Shown in pieces: positions 1 through 14,158 of a stretch of 64,000 bases of DNA. The notes beneath the pieces were generated by a model. That model was not told the origin of the DNA. It saw nothing but the letters and a program-made list of their open reading frames with translations, and searched no databases. The number at the start of each line of letters is the position of its first letter. The stretch's first letter is position 1. This DNA comes from Eledone cirrhosa. Lineage: Eukaryota. A program made the translations under genes and the position numbers. The stretch spans positions 173,538,001-173,602,000 of the forward strand of contig OZ024742.1 in the NCBI GenBank assembly GCA_964016885.1. The letters run 5' to 3'.

Positions 1-1215
1 AATTTTTAAATTTTTTAATTGAGAGACAATGTAGGGGAGGTAACTTATTATTATCTAAGTTGTTCATAGCTATTTAACTTATTAGCTACAAGTAAAAATG
101 GTGCTAGATGACTAAGTTGGGTCAAATATTCCATTGGCGAAGGAATTAGCCCTTCGATGTTGAGAGCTAATAGTTACCTCCGTTCAATCGCTAATCGGTA
201 GACGTCGTGATAGAGTTATGTAATATGCTTCTGTAATACAGAGATCACAAGATTCTCTTCGTCCATTGAACGGTTGGGCCCTAGCCACGATATCCCATTT
301 TAGTGAGTGTTGAACGTTGTTTAATTTAAGCTTTTTTAATGAACATAGCTAGCGATGTCGAACATCTGTTGCTAGGGTCTCGGAAGGATAAAGAGTGCGC
401 GTTATAGCGTATCTTAAAAGGGTTAGAGATAGACCCTATATAGGAGCTGGTATTCGAAGCAGTTTTAACCGTGCACCTATAGACTATGTTGGGTGTAAGG
501 CAGTGTCCATTTAATGGGCATGCATTGGGATAACGGCAGTTGCAGTTGCTTCTGCGGTTAGTGAGAGTAGGGTAGTTGAAGCTAAGCGGTAGGTCAGTGC
601 TAGAAGGATTAGATGAGGGAGTTGTGCTACTAGAGTAATTATTGGTGTAGTGGCGTGGTGTATTTGATAGGGGTGGTTGTACCGCGGTGTGGCTGTTATA
701 CTGTCTTAGTTTATGATGGTTACTGAATGCGATGTGGCTAGCTAGGTTAGGTGTTGAGGAGAATGAGATGTTAATGTTATTTTTATTAAAGAGTTTGTAA
801 TAGCTATGGCTGGGGGTGGAAATGTTTTCCTTCCGAGACGCTAGCAACAGATGTTCGACATGGCTAGCTAGGCTCATTAAAAACCTTAAATTAAACAACT
901 TTCAACACTCACTAAAATGGGATATCGTGGCTAGGGCCAAACCGTTCAATGGACGGAGAGAATCTTGTGATCTCTGTATTACAGAAGCATATTACATAAC
1001 TCTATCACGACGTCTACCGATTGACGATAGAACGGAGGTAAATATTAGGTGTCAACATCTAAGGGTTAATTCTTTCGCCAATAGAACATTTGACCCGACT
1101 CAATCATTATAGCCCCATTTTTACTTGTAGCTAATAAGTTAAATAGCTATGAACAACTTAGATAATTATAAGTTACCTCCCCTACATTGTCTCTCAATTA
1201 AAAAAATTAAAAATT
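1..1215. mobile_element. Naiad-type PLE 3' fragment (GIY-YIG region on - strand) with a fold-back inverted copy (arms 1-388 and 828-1215)
   Basis: ORF 326..898(-) has CNCRYPNACPLNGHC, IVYRCTV...YIG and FKIRYNAH. ORF 816..1112(+) carries the end of the same domain (CDLCITE, CQH). 828-1215 is the reverse complement of 1-388. Confidence 0.85.
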
Positions 1216-1473
1216 AGCAGCTAACTATAAATACTCACAATTTCTAATCTCTCGAGGAGTTACTTACCCCGAAACCACCCTCTAATTAGTAAGGTAAATA
1301 TGTCATTTGGCAGCCATCTTTTTACCCATAGGCAGATCTCACACAATGCAGCCTCGACAGATGAATACTGCTTGATTATGTCTGACAACTGATGCAACCA
1401 AGACATCATAGTGAAAACCAATATAAGGAACATTATAGTATGTAACATTCTCTCATTATTTTAATTTAGTACA

Positions 1474-1533
1474 TAAAGTACCAGTAATGCACTGGGTAAT
1501 TGCTGGCCTTGTGCCTAACGTAGTAACAATTAT
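1474..1533 (+). mobile_element. tRNA-SINE 3' fragment
   Basis: taaagtaccagtaatgcactgggtaattgctggccttgtgcc matches the SINE copies at 30075, 58555 and 60627. Confidence 0.6.
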
Positions 1534-1902
1534 TTTAATTTATATTCCTTTGAAGTTCCGATGAGCCGCTCTGCCTTTTATATATGTTAATTATTTTCAA
1601 CTGAACCAGATCAATTATGATATATAGTAATCTGATCCAGAAATGTCATATGGAGTAGTGAAAAAATTGTAAACGGACATTATTATTATTAATATTATTA
1701 GTATTATTATTATTCTCTACATTCCTTACATCAAACTAAAATATATTAACAATCTTTTAATAATGTCTCCCTTGTGAAATTTGTGGTTTTATTTTGCTTA
1801 ACTAATGAATATTACCAGCTCTGCGCACCTACCTTCTCCACGAACCCAGCCACCTAGCTGCGTTCTACTGCATATTGCACATTGAGCATATGCCTCATTT
1901 TT

Positions 1903-2996
1903 TTCGCTAACATTTTGAATGACCCGCCTAAAACCGGGGGTTATTTCCCTTGCCGGAATTAACACGTGATAGCTATAGATACGATAAGCAGCATGTAGCA
2001 GCAACATATAACGTATCACTCCGTTCATAGGCAGAACGATACACCTGTTGATTAACTGAATCCTACGTTCGATCACCAATACCATGAGCTTGCCATTCAC
2101 ATAAGTCTGATATTTTGATTTCGGATTCACAGAAACACTTTAAGCGATTGTTAGTTTGATTTGTCCAGGTGTACTTTTCTCAACCTGATTAGTTCTATCG
2201 TTGCTTTGGTATATATTGTGTGTTAGTTTCGCCTACAACAATGTTAGATTTGTCAAGCTATTTAAACGTATGTTATTACTCTAATGTCCTATCTTATCGA
2301 GTGCCTTGCTAACTCATCATTTCATATAAATAGGCCGAATTTACTTGCAAACTGCCAGAGATTCGTTTTACTGATTCCTAATTATATTATTCTCCTAGAT
2401 TTAATAATTAACTAATTAATTTAATTAGACAATTCTGTTGATTGGTTAATTATTTGTGTTTGTTTCATAACATCTAGTTGAGAGCTTATCATGATGATTA
2501 GCGGAAATTAAAATATTTCATTCGCAAACATTTTGAATGACTCGCCTAAAACCGGGGGTTATTTCCCTTGCCGGAATTAACACGTGATAGCTATAGATAC
2601 GATAAGCAGCATGTAGCCGCAACATATAACTTATCACTCCGGTCATAGGCAGAACGATAAACATGTTGATAAACTGAATCCTCCGTTCGATCACCAAAAC
2701 CATGAGCTTGCCATTCACGTAAGTCTGATATTTGATTTCGGATTCAAAGAAACACTTTAAGCGACCGTTCATTTGATTTGTCCAGGTGTACTTTTCTCAA
2801 CCTGATTAGTTCTATCGTTGCTTTGGTATATATTGTGTGTTAGTTTCGCCTACCACAATGTTCGATTTGTCAAGCTATTTAATCGTATGTTATTACTCTA
2901 AGGCCCTATCTTATCGAGTGCTTTGCTAACTCATCATTTCATATGAGTAGGCCTTATTTACTTGCAAACCGCCAGAGATTCGATTTTACTGATTCC

Positions 2997-3000
<4 letters not shown>
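1903..3000. repeat. Direct duplication of about 480 bp (1903-2380 and 2521-3000, period about 618)
   Basis: The two blocks are near-identical, and ORFs 1798..2130 and 2518..2772 give near-identical translations. Confidence 0.9.
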
Positions 3001-3040
<40 letters not shown>

Positions 3041-3043
<3 letters not shown>

Positions 3044-3665
3044 CTCTATATCTTCTTCGGAAAATATATTTACTCCATTCCAGAAACTAATTAGTTGCAA
3101 GTGATATTTTAGTAAGTAAGTTAATTTTATAATTTTCTTATTTTACGTCTCTCATATTATTGTTCTGCAACCCCATGCATTGAACCACAATGTTACTAAG
3201 ACAAAACCTATATATTTGCTAGCATTGATATGCATCTGTATCTATATATATGTTACTAGATATTAATTCTTTATAATTATCTCCAAATTATTTGTGGAGC
3301 AATATTGGCCATGACTGCTGCTATGGTAGTAGGCAGGCCGCTGTCTTATTAGCAAACCACTTTCCACTGATTGACCTCGATGTCACGTGATTGATTCTTT
3401 TTGAATTTGCCACAGACGCCGAGGCAGTGATTTTCTCAAAGGCTAGGAATTCAGTCCATGCTTTGCTATTTCCTATCCACTGAATTATTTTTTAATAAGT
3501 TTCCAGATTCCTCGCTTTGCCTGGAAACTTAGATGAGAATAGTCTTCCCGGACGACGGAATGTTTCTCTATATCTTCTTCGGAAAATATATTTACTCCAT
3601 TCCAGAAACTAATTAGTTGGAAGTGATATTTTTGTAAGTTAATTTTATAATTTTCTTATTTTACG

Positions 3666-3672
<7 letters not shown>
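3041..3672. repeat. Direct repeat of about 110 bp (3041-3155 and 3563-3672) between (TA)n tracts
   Basis: tttctctatatcttcttcggaaaatatatttactccattccagaaactaattagttg occurs twice. Confidence 0.8.
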
Positions 3673-3749
<77 letters not shown>

Positions 3750-3869
3750 TATTAGATACACTCGTTCTTCCTTGAATATCTTCAAACGACCAATCCGTAA
3801 GAGAGAATATATATTTATACACACGATTTTTAATTTCTTCAAATAACCAAAGGTTCACTCACATATCAA

Positions 3870-6800
3870 ATATCTAAAAAGCACACACAAGGAAAATTAA
3901 TATGACTACTGACCAGCAAGCCCAAAATAGACGAAATTGGTCTGACAATGAAATTGACCTCTTAATAAACAAATGGTTTTCTCTGTCCCAAACAATAAAC
4001 ATTAAATTTCGTGTCTGAATAAGATTGCTGAAAGAACAGCTCAAACATTCACCTCGATGTCTGATAAGCAGATACACAACAAACGAACAAAAGTCGAAGT
4101 CTCTTTCAAACTAATTCAAACCCATTATGAAAAACCTCGACATATTTACTCCAATGGTCAAACACAACAGCCACAACAACAGCCAGAAAATGAGTAGCCA
4201 CCACCACCGCCGCCACTACTGAATTCAAGCATAATAGCTGAGTTACTGAACGACAGTATCCCTCAACCCCTTTCTCAGCCATCATTATCGCCATCATCAT
4301 CACCACCGTCATCATCTTCCGTCACATCAACTGCTAATAATGGACCACTGCTTTCTCTCCCACCACTCTCACAGTCTGCACCATAGTTCTCATCATCATC
4401 ATCATCGTCACCACCGCTGCTTTCTCCCCCCCCCCCCCCCACATCCCCACCACAGTCATGCTGTAGTCAAAACAAATGTTTAAAAAATCTATGGAACTGT
4501 ATGCATCCCCCACTATACAAACTAGAAACCCCAAAATATGCCGCTGCTCACTACGTCAGAGACTATGCACCCCTAGCGACTGCATATTTAACCATTTACC
4601 TGGTACGAGACGCACTAAAACTGCCAGTCAACACCAACGCACGTCGCCCACACCCATAAGTCCAAGTCCCAAAATCTGCCGACATTCCCAACGTGAGAGA
4701 CTATGTCTGCTGACTGACTGTCCCTTCACTCATGTTCTTGGCACACAACGCACGAACAGAAAAGGGGCTCCATGTCAACACACAAACCACAATAAAGCCA
4801 CCCCCTGCTGCAGTAATGCTGATCCAGTCTTCTTACAACGACACGATTACAACAACAAAAACAAAAACAACAAAAGTAATGCTGCTCCAGTATTTTTACA
4901 AAGACACGATTACAACAAATACAACAACAACGACAACAACAACAACAACAAAGGAAGGAACTGCAACCCTATCCAATGGTGTTACTACAAATCCAATCAA
5001 AATCTGCTCCCTAAACAAGAACATTTTTCTTTTTTAGCCATGAGCAAAAGAGATACAGGAAAACATTTTAGACATCACCCAACACCATCCTTGCTGTCAC
5101 TAACACACAATCTCAAAACAAACCCCCTGCAACAGTCAAAACCAGCCACCACACTAGCCTCCACATTTTTACTCAATACACAAGATATCAGCCCATCCAT
5201 CAATGCACATAAATAGAAGATCCAATTCATTGAGCAATGGTTGGTAACCATCCATTTCACACCCCCTTCTTAATTCTAACTGAGATCCACCTTGACAACT
5301 CCCACTTGGAGAAGAGTGGGGAATTTCAAAACCATCCGCGCGGATCGTGTTGGCAGAAAGAAGGGTGGAACTACCATTTTCCTGCATGATTCCTTTACAG
5401 CAGATGGTAACACAACATTCTCCAATGGCTACTGTGAATCAGTCACTGTGCTCAACAAAGTCAATGACCTGATATTATTTGGGCACTGTGGGCCTCCACA
5501 AACACCCATAATCTGCTTCAAAGAATGCCTCAACAGCATTAAATGCTTTATTAAACAGTGCCATTCTAGCAACATACTTTTGATGGGAGACTTTAATCTA
5601 CCCTGTGCTGATTGGTCTATAAGCAGTTTGAAACCAGACACCCCAACCTCAACCACTGACAAAGAAGCAAGCGAGTCACTTCTTGAATTCATGAATGAGC
5701 TTTGCAAGTCCCAACTTGTCCTTACACCAAGAAGGCATCAGAAGAACATTCTGGATCTAGTGTTTAGTAACCACTCTAACACTATACACAATATTACAGT
5801 GGAAAAAACCCTTCTCTCAGACCATGACATGGTTCTTTGTAACATGAGATTCCACCAGACGAAAGCTAGTCCTAGGGACCTCTTTCCAGCCCACCCATTT
5901 GATAACATGGATCTCTACACTGCCAACTGGGATGCAATTATGAACGAACTATCACATGCTGACTGGTCTTTTCCCACCATCATCAAAACATCTTGGCAGA
6001 TCTTTGTAGACACTGTCACAAATATATGTACAAAACACACCCCACCAAAACCTCTGAACAAAACTAATTGCAGTATCCCCCAAAACAGAAAAACAATTAT
6101 CAGAAAAATAAAAAGAACAAACAAAAATGAACACACTAAAATAATGCTAACAGCGACACATACATTCGACGGCTATCGCCCTCCTTGAACAAAAAAAATA
6201 TAAACTCCAACAATGCATGAAGACCATCATCAATAACCAGAGAACAACTGATGAGAGGTGGGCCATTGAGAAAATTAAACTCAACCCCAAAGTGTTTTTT
6301 TCATTTGCCAAAAAACACAAGGTCACTGTCTCCACTGTTGGCCCTCTAGTTGATGAAAATGGCACACTCCAAGATAATGCCAAAACCATAGTCGAGATAC
6401 TGCAAAATCAACACTGCTCTGTTTTCTGCAATCCTGATATGGCCGATCTGGGCTCTATCAGTGATGTTAATACCCAACACACTATATCGGACATAACGTT
6501 TGGCGCCACTGATATTTTAGCTGCAATAAACGAAATTAAACACAATTCAGCAGCAGGCCTCGAGAGGTACCGTGCTTGTGTCCTGAAGGTGTGTCGACAC
6601 TAACTTGCATCTCCTCTTGCTAATCTGTGGAGGGACTCACTGGATACTAGCTATATTCCTGAAAACTCTGTCCCAGTCTTCAAAAAATCCCTTGCAGTGA
6701 ACTACCGTCCGATCTCACTCACCTCTCATATTATCAAGGTATTTGAGAGGGTGGTATGATCACGAATAACCCACTTTCTTGAAAGCAACGGCCTGCTGAA

Positions 6801-8126
6801 CTCCAGCCAACATGGGTTCTATAATGGAAGGGACTGCCTAACGCAGCTCCTGCATCACTTTCACGATGTTTTGAGAGCCTTGGGAGAGGGCCCCAGCACT
6901 GATGTCATCTACCTTGATTTCAGCAAGGCTTTTGACAGGGTTGATCATGAGTTTCAACTGAAAAAACTACCCAATATTGGTGTCTCTGGAAAGTTACTAC
7001 AGTGGCTTAAATGTTTCCTGATAGACAGAACCCAACATGTAGTCGAAGGAAAAGAATCAAGCCCTACCAAAGTCAGCAGTGGCGTCCCACAAGTTACTGT
7101 GTTGGGCAAACTTCATTTCATCATCTACGTTAATGACATTACTGACATCATCAAGCACAGAAACATAAGAATCTTCGCAGATTATTCCCAGCTCCAAAGG
7201 GTCATCAATGAGGTGGGTGACAGCACTTGCCTTCAGTCAGACCTACTGGCTGTTACCCAATGGGCAGAAGATAATAATATGCTGTTGAATGAGGATAAGT
7301 TTGAATTAATCCACTTTGGAAAAAAGGATGCCTTGAAACTACCATGTTCTCTTCCTTTGGTGAAACTCTAGTGGCATTCAACTACATCAGAGACCTGGGT
7401 GTAATTGTGGACACCATCATAAGCTAGGCAACTCATATAAACAACAAAGTTGACATGGCGCGCAGAAAGTGTTCCTGGATTCTCAGAAACTTCCAGTCGA
7501 GATATATCCACACTGTTATCCTTCTCTTCTCCACTTCTGCTCGACCCCACCTTGAATACTGCTGTCCACTGCAGTCTCTCCACACGAAACAAAGTATCAT
7601 GAAGCACCCCAAAATAGATTACAAAAAAGATAGATGGCTTTACAGGCCTTGACTATTGGAGTCGATTAGAAATGCTCAACATTTATTCTGGCCAACGTCG
7701 CCGTGAGCGCTACATTAACTGCATGATGGGGAAAATATTCCATCAGCTTTGCACAAATGATGTTGGCATCACCTTTAATGTACACCCTAGGCTTGGGCTC
7801 CGTGCTATCTGCCCACGACAAAGATCTCACTCGCATCTCATAACAACAATACGGCACAATTATTTCACCCCAATTGGTCCTGCCCTCTTTAACATTACAC
7901 TAAACACATCAAGATAGAAACAGACCACATCTAGTCCAAGAAGTCTTTGGAAAAATACCTTCAAGAAATCCCGGATAAGCCTCCTACACCCGGACATGCC
8001 TCCGTAAACAATAACTCTCTGCTCGAGTGGGCCATGGTGCCGATATTCTGATTGGTAAGACTTCGCCAGGTGGTGCTATTAAGTTAGATATGGCCTGGGC
8101 CAATACTGGCCGAAACCTATCAAAGA
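3870..8126 (+). mobile_element. Decayed CR1-clade LINE (ORF1 with CCCH fingers, APE endonuclease, RT)
   Basis: ORF1 4476..5216 has two C-x8-C-x4-C-x3-H-xx-GT motifs. 5292..6188 has RADR-x4-GG, MGDFNLP, NILDLVFSN and SDH. 6871..7371 has YLDFSKAFDRVDH, SGVPQ and FAD. RPHLEYC and RRRERY follow. Many stops and frameshifts. Confidence 0.9.
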
Positions 8127-8224
8127 TATGTATATATATAGAAATAGTAACACAACAGTTACTTCACTATACCGATATATATATACTACATATATATATA
8201 TACATATATATAAATATATATATT

Positions 8225-8316
<92 letters not shown>

Positions 8317-8595
8317 TTTATATATATATATAATATATATATATATATATACATATATACAAACACACACAAATATACATATATATATATATATATAGAA
8401 ACATATATATATATATATATATAACAACAACAACATCCTAATTGTCCTATCGACTAGAACCTTTCGGACTTTCGCAGTTATCTCCCTTACACCTTTCGCC
8501 CGCAGTTTTGAATTGCCTGGGAGAAGTGACCGTTGCTGCGCTTGCGCGTTCATACAGTTGTCATTCCTATAAAGTCTAACCATGACCATTACGCT

Positions 8596-8625
8596 CTGAG
8601 GACCTGCTAAGGTGAAACAATTGTT
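8596..8625 (+). ncRNA. Minimal hammerhead-like core in a short insert between microsatellites
   Basis: CTGAGGA-cc tgctaa gg t-GAAA-CAATTG-TT. Stem III is palindromic; stem I pairs poorly. Confidence 0.45.
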
Positions 8626-8721
8626 CTCGGTATGGTGAGCTATCTGGTGTGTTAACACTTCTACCTAAGACAACTCATGAACTGAGTGCTCTACCACTAC
8701 GGATTTTACCTTCCAGTGTTA

Positions 8722-8877
<156 letters not shown>

Positions 8878-10058
8878 AAGAATCAAAGAACTGTTCAAAA
8901 CATTATTGTGCTTACAGCTGTTTCCTCCAAACCGAGGTTTGGATTCTTCGGAGCAATTTATTAATGCATGGACAGTTATATGACCTCCTTTTCAGCCGAG
9001 AGACATACCAATACATATTCAAACATTGATACATATTCAAACATTGTGGGTCAACATTCATTACAGAATTTAGAGTGGCAGTACACACTTCGAGATTACA
9101 TTTATATTAATAGGTACAATCAAAAATCAAAGATATAGGTTAAAGTACAACATGAAGATAAGTGGTTATATAGTGCAAATGTTATATGTGTGGCACGCGT
9201 GTGCGTCTTGTTTATATAGTGTGGCAGAGAGATATGTGTGGTAGAGGCACTTAGGTAGGTAAATAAGAGTGTTAGGTTGGTAGATCTGGTGGCAAAGTCT
9301 TTATATGATTGATGTAGTCTGTGTGTGGAGAAATATTATAAGCATTAAAGATAGTGCAAGCATTAAAAGTGTTATAAGTATTGGAGATGCACAGCGCAGG
9401 GATGTCAAGTAATTCATGTACTTCGGCATTTTCATGGTCAAGGGAGTGTATATTTCGATTATATGCCTTTCACATAATCCACGACAATCCAGTTAGAGAT
9501 CGTAGTCTGGTGTTCTTTAGTTCGATACAGGAGGTTGTTACGTTTCGAGAAACGCCATTGAATACCGGAAGTGTGTGTGTGGCTAAGGGGAGTTAATGCA
9601 TGCGGGGAGGTAACTCTGGGGTTTCCATATCTAGCCAATAAAATGTGTCCCAATATAGACCCTAAATTCTATGGTGAGGTGCACCTTCCAAGAGAGACTT
9701 TTAAAGCATAAAGTGTACTAACTATAGAGTAGTTTAACTAAATTATGCTGAAGGTGATCATATTATTATTAAGGTGGATTAACCCATCATAAGGTGCTAC
9801 AAATGGAAATTATAGATGAAGAGCGAGGATTCTAAATTAATGATCTCTGTGGTTGTAGTCTGCTCATATGGCCAGGCGCGGTGATTGCAGGATTGCTTCA
9901 GGACCCAATGATCTCTGGTAAGATCTGGGTCATCACTTGCTACATTGGATGTCGAAAGATAATCGTCCCCAGGCAGGCCAAAGGTCAATGAGAAACTTAT
10001 TTACGTAGATACCAAGTCTAATCACCCTAGATCAATATTAAACTCTATCTCTAAGGGG

Positions 10059-11198
10059 GTGTCCAATAGAATCTCTAGTCTGTCCTATGACGCAAACATA
10101 TTTAGCAAAAACTCACAATATTACAATCAAGCATTAGCTAGCTCCGGCCATAATATAGAAATTGAGTTCCTACCTAAGAAAACACATAGCTACAACATCA
10201 TCTCGCACAACATGTCCATGAGGAAATCTAATAATAGGAATAGCAACCACAAGTGCACCAAAGCGGAGGGTGCCACCGGAAGTAACCAATACCATGGAAA
10301 CTACTGTGAGGCATTAGGAGGAAGCAACACACCAAACACTAAAAGCAAAAATAGAAGAAGAAATAATACATTTTTCAACCCTCCTTTCAACCTAAATGTC
10401 TCCACCAACATACCTAGGGCTTTCTTCTCACTACTAGATAAAAACTTCCCTCTAGGACACAAGTACCACAACCTCTTAAACAAAAACACCATTAAAATCT
10501 CTTACTCTACGACGCCTAACTTAGCATACCACATAGCTAGCAGCAATAATAGTAAAATTAGTTCTTACTTCCAACAAACAAAATCACAACGGGATGCAAA
10601 CCCTCTAAATACCACTGTAGCAAGCAACAATAGCAACGGCAGTAACAATAGAAATAACACTAGTATAAGTAATAACACCAGGGTTGTCAACCCGAACACC
10701 CAAAATCCTATATCCACCACACAGACTTCCGCATTGCATTATAACCAGCGGACTAACGCACAGAATAATTGTAACTGTAGAGCTAATAGAACCTGCCCTT
10801 TAGATAAAAAATGCCTAACCGAGGATGTCATATACTCATGCACAGTCACGACCAATAACTCTTCAGAAACCTATGTAGGCTCCACTTCTAACTGCTTCAA
10901 AATCAGATATAACTCGCACATCCACTCGTTCAAAAAGCACAGCCTAGCCAACTCCACCTCACTTTCTAGCTACATACACTATCTAAAATCTAAAAATAAA
11001 CCATACACACTCAAATGGGAAGTGATAGGCAGCGCGACCTCGTACAAACCACCTAATAAATTCTGTAACCTCTGTATACTAGAGACACACAATATTATCT
11101 TCTCCAACCGTAACCTACTTAACAAAAAATCTGAGGTGTTTGCAACTTGCCAGCACCGCCTCAGACATTCCTTCCAAAACTTTAAGCCCTATATATAG
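10059..11198 (+). CDS. PLE RT C-terminus, linker and GIY-YIG endonuclease (N-terminally truncated; the frame is open from about 9988)
   Basis: YVDTKSNHP upstream, then FFNPPFN, KISYSTTPN, CNCRANRTCPLDKKC, VIYSCTV...YVG, FKIRYNSH, CNLCILE, LNKKSE and CQH. Confidence 0.9.
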   Translation: MSNRISSLSYDANIFSKNSQYYNQALASSGHNIEIEFLPKKTHSYNIISHNMSMRKSNNRNSNHKCTKAEGATGSNQYHGNYCEALGGSNTPNTKSKNRRRNNTFFNPPFNLNVSTNIPRAFFSLLDKNFPLGHKYHNLLNKNTIKISYSTTPNLAYHIASSNNSKISSYFQQTKSQRDANPLNTTVASNNSNGSNNRNNTSISNNTRVVNPNTQNPISTTQTSALHYNQRTNAQNNCNCRANRTCPLDKKCLTEDVIYSCTVTTNNSSETYVGSTSNCFKIRYNSHIHSFKKHSLANSTSLSSYIHYLKSKNKPYTLKWEVIGSATSYKPPNKFCNLCILETHNIIFSNRNLLNKKSEVFATCQHRLRHSFQNFKPYI

Positions 11199-12641
11199 CA
11201 ATGTCGGACTGGAACCTAACACCACATCTAGCATCAAACACCAGAGACACACCATATACTACATACCCAACACTAGCTGATCCATTATAACACAAACAAC
11301 GACATCCCTCTGGAACCCTTCGCAGGGAAAATACCCATTTATACCTCTACGGCAGGTGTGACAACATCCACCCACTTGGACGGCACTACACCGCTCTAAG
11401 GGTAATTTGAGCATGAATTGATCGGTTGGATGGTGTTGGGCAGAGGAAACACCTTCCCTAGACAGATGTAAAATGATTTAATCGAGTAGCGCTGTTGACC
11501 AGTAGGACCGGGCTGCGGAGCGCAGTGAGTGAATGCAATGCAACTGCCGTGCGGGTTGTACGTATATGGATGATCTGACGGTTAGAGAGGGGTCGCGAGG
11601 ACTGCGGATTGACCTTTGGCCTGCCTGGGGACGATTATCTTTCGACATCCAATGTAGCAAGTGATGACCCAGATCTTACCAGAGATCATTGGGTCCTGAA
11701 GCAATCCTGCAATCACCGCGCCTGGCCATATGAGCAGACTACAACCACAGAGATCATTAATTTAGAATCCTCGCTCATCATCTATAATTTCCATTTGTAG
11801 CACCTTATGATGGGTTAATCCACCTTAATAATAATATGATCACCTTCAGCATAATTTAGTTAAACTACTCTATAGTTAGTACACTTTATGCTTTAAAAGT
11901 CTCTCTTGGAAGGTGCACCTCACCATAGAATTTAGGGTCTATATTGGGACACATTTTATTGGCTAGATATGGAAACCCCAGAGTTACCTCCCCGCATGCA
12001 TTAACTCCCCTTAGCCACACACACACTTCCGGTATTCAATGGCGTTTCTCGAAACGTAACAACCTCCTGTATCGAACTAAAGAACACCAGACTACGATCT
12101 CTAACTGGATTGTCGTGGATTATGTGAAAGGCATATAATCGAAATATACACTCCCTTGACCATGAAAATGCCGAAGTACATGAATTACTTGACATCCCTG
12201 CGCTGTGCATCTCCAATACTTATAACACTTTTAATGCTTGCACTATCTTTAATGCTTATAATATTTCTCCACACACAGACTACATCAATCATATAAAGAC
12301 TTTGCCACCAGATCTACCAACCTAACACTCTTATTTACCTACCTAAGTGCCTCTACCACACATATCTCTCTGCCACACTATATAAACAAGACGCACACGC
12401 GTGCCACACATATAACATTTGCACTATATAACCACTTATCTTCATGTTGTACTTTAACCTATATCTTTGATTTTTGATTGTACCTATTAATATAAATGTA
12501 ATCTCGAAGTGTGTACTGCCACTCTAAATTCTGTAATGAATGTTGACCCACAATGTTTGAATATGTATCAATGTTTGAATATGTATTGGTATGTCTCTCG
12601 GCTGAAAAGGAGGTCATATAACTGTCCATGCATTAATAAAT

Positions 12642-12688
12642 TGCTCCGAAGAATCCAAACCTCGGTTTGGAGGAAACAGCTGTAAGCA
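12642..12688 (+). ncRNA. Type I minimal hammerhead ribozyme in the pLTR (mirror copy 8909-8955 on - strand)
   Basis: tgct-CCGAAGA-a tccaaacc tc ggtttgga g-GAAA-CAGCTG-TA-agca. Stems I and II pair, stem III is palindromic, and the core has a U4C variant. Confidence 0.75.
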
Positions 12689-12889
12689 CAATAATGTTTT
12701 GAACAGTTCTTTGATTCTTATATTTCATATAACTGCTCTGTAAATCATCTGATGTTTTTACATTGAGCTACTTAACTTACTGGTAATAAGGTAGTAATAC
12801 ATTACTGCCTACCACTATTTAGGGTGTGTGTAAAATACTTACAACTGCTTAAGGTTTTGTGTTTACATAACCATAAATAGTATAACTAA

Positions 12890-12953
<64 letters not shown>

Positions 12954-12982
12954 ATATACACATATACCTATATATGTATGTG

Positions 12983-13017
<35 letters not shown>

Positions 13018-13104
13018 TGTAATAATAATAAATTTGAAGACTAAAAGCCAAAGAGGGTTTGATAAGGATAAATATACATCAAATATATAAGACCCGTAGA
13101 GCAA

Positions 13105-13370
13105 ATATTTATTAAAATAACAGATTAAAATTTAAGCAAAGAATCGCTGCTTTCACCCTTAACGGGATATATAATCGTTTTTCCCGTTCTTTGCCAGGGA
13201 ACGTTTACCACGAACCAAAGTATCGTCTTTCTGTCTTCCTCCGGTTGCAGCGTTTTTTGAAATATCCACTTCTGCGTTTACAGATTGACTTTGTTAGTTT
13301 CAGAAGAACCCGTTAAGGGTGAAAGCAGCGATTCTTTGCTTAAACTTTAATCTGTTATTTTAATAAATAT
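13105..13370. repeat. Inverted repeat with 62-bp arms (13105-13166 and 13309-13370) and a degenerate HHR motif
   Basis: Arms are reverse complements. cagaaga accc gttaa gggt GAAA at 13301-13324. Confidence 0.8.
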
Positions 13371-13424
13371 ATATATATATTCCTGCAAGATATATATATG
13401 TATATATATACATATATATATATT

Positions 13425-14158
13425 TGGCAGGAAGGTATACATTGCTGACAATAGCTAATAAGCTTGAAAATAGTACAGCGTTCCTTTGTCATTGTTGAGC
13501 AAACGAGCAACGATGGTTGCTAGAGACTACGGCTTAATACGGGATGTTTGTTTACAAACACATCGAGCATTATAATAAATGTTCTGTGAATCCATACGTA
13601 CATATATATATGTGTGCATGTATGTATATATACATACTACTTACGTATGTATACATATATGTATGTACGTGTACATATTTATATTTAAGTAACAGCCGCA
13701 CTAAGAGTGGGAAATGAAATTTCGTTTCATTTTTTCCGTTTATCGTTTTCGGTGCACCCGGCCGATTAACCCACTCGATATGCAAATTGGGCTACTCAGC
13801 CGTTAATATGCATAAGCTAAGTATATACGTTCAACAATCTGACAGGAAGGTATACGTTGCTGACGATAGCTAATAAGCTTGAAACTAGTACATCGTTCCT
13901 TTGTCAGTGGTGAGCAAACGAGCAACAATGTTTGCTAGACACTATGGCTTAATACGGGATGTTTGTTTACAAACACATCGAGCATTATAATAAATGTTCG
14001 GTGAATCCATACGTACATATATATATGTGTGCATGTATGTATAAATATATACATACTACTGTATGTCTGTATACATATATGTATGTACGTGTACATATTT
14101 ATATTTAAGTAACAGCCGTACTAAGAGTGGGAAATGAAATGTGTTTCCTTTTTCCGTT

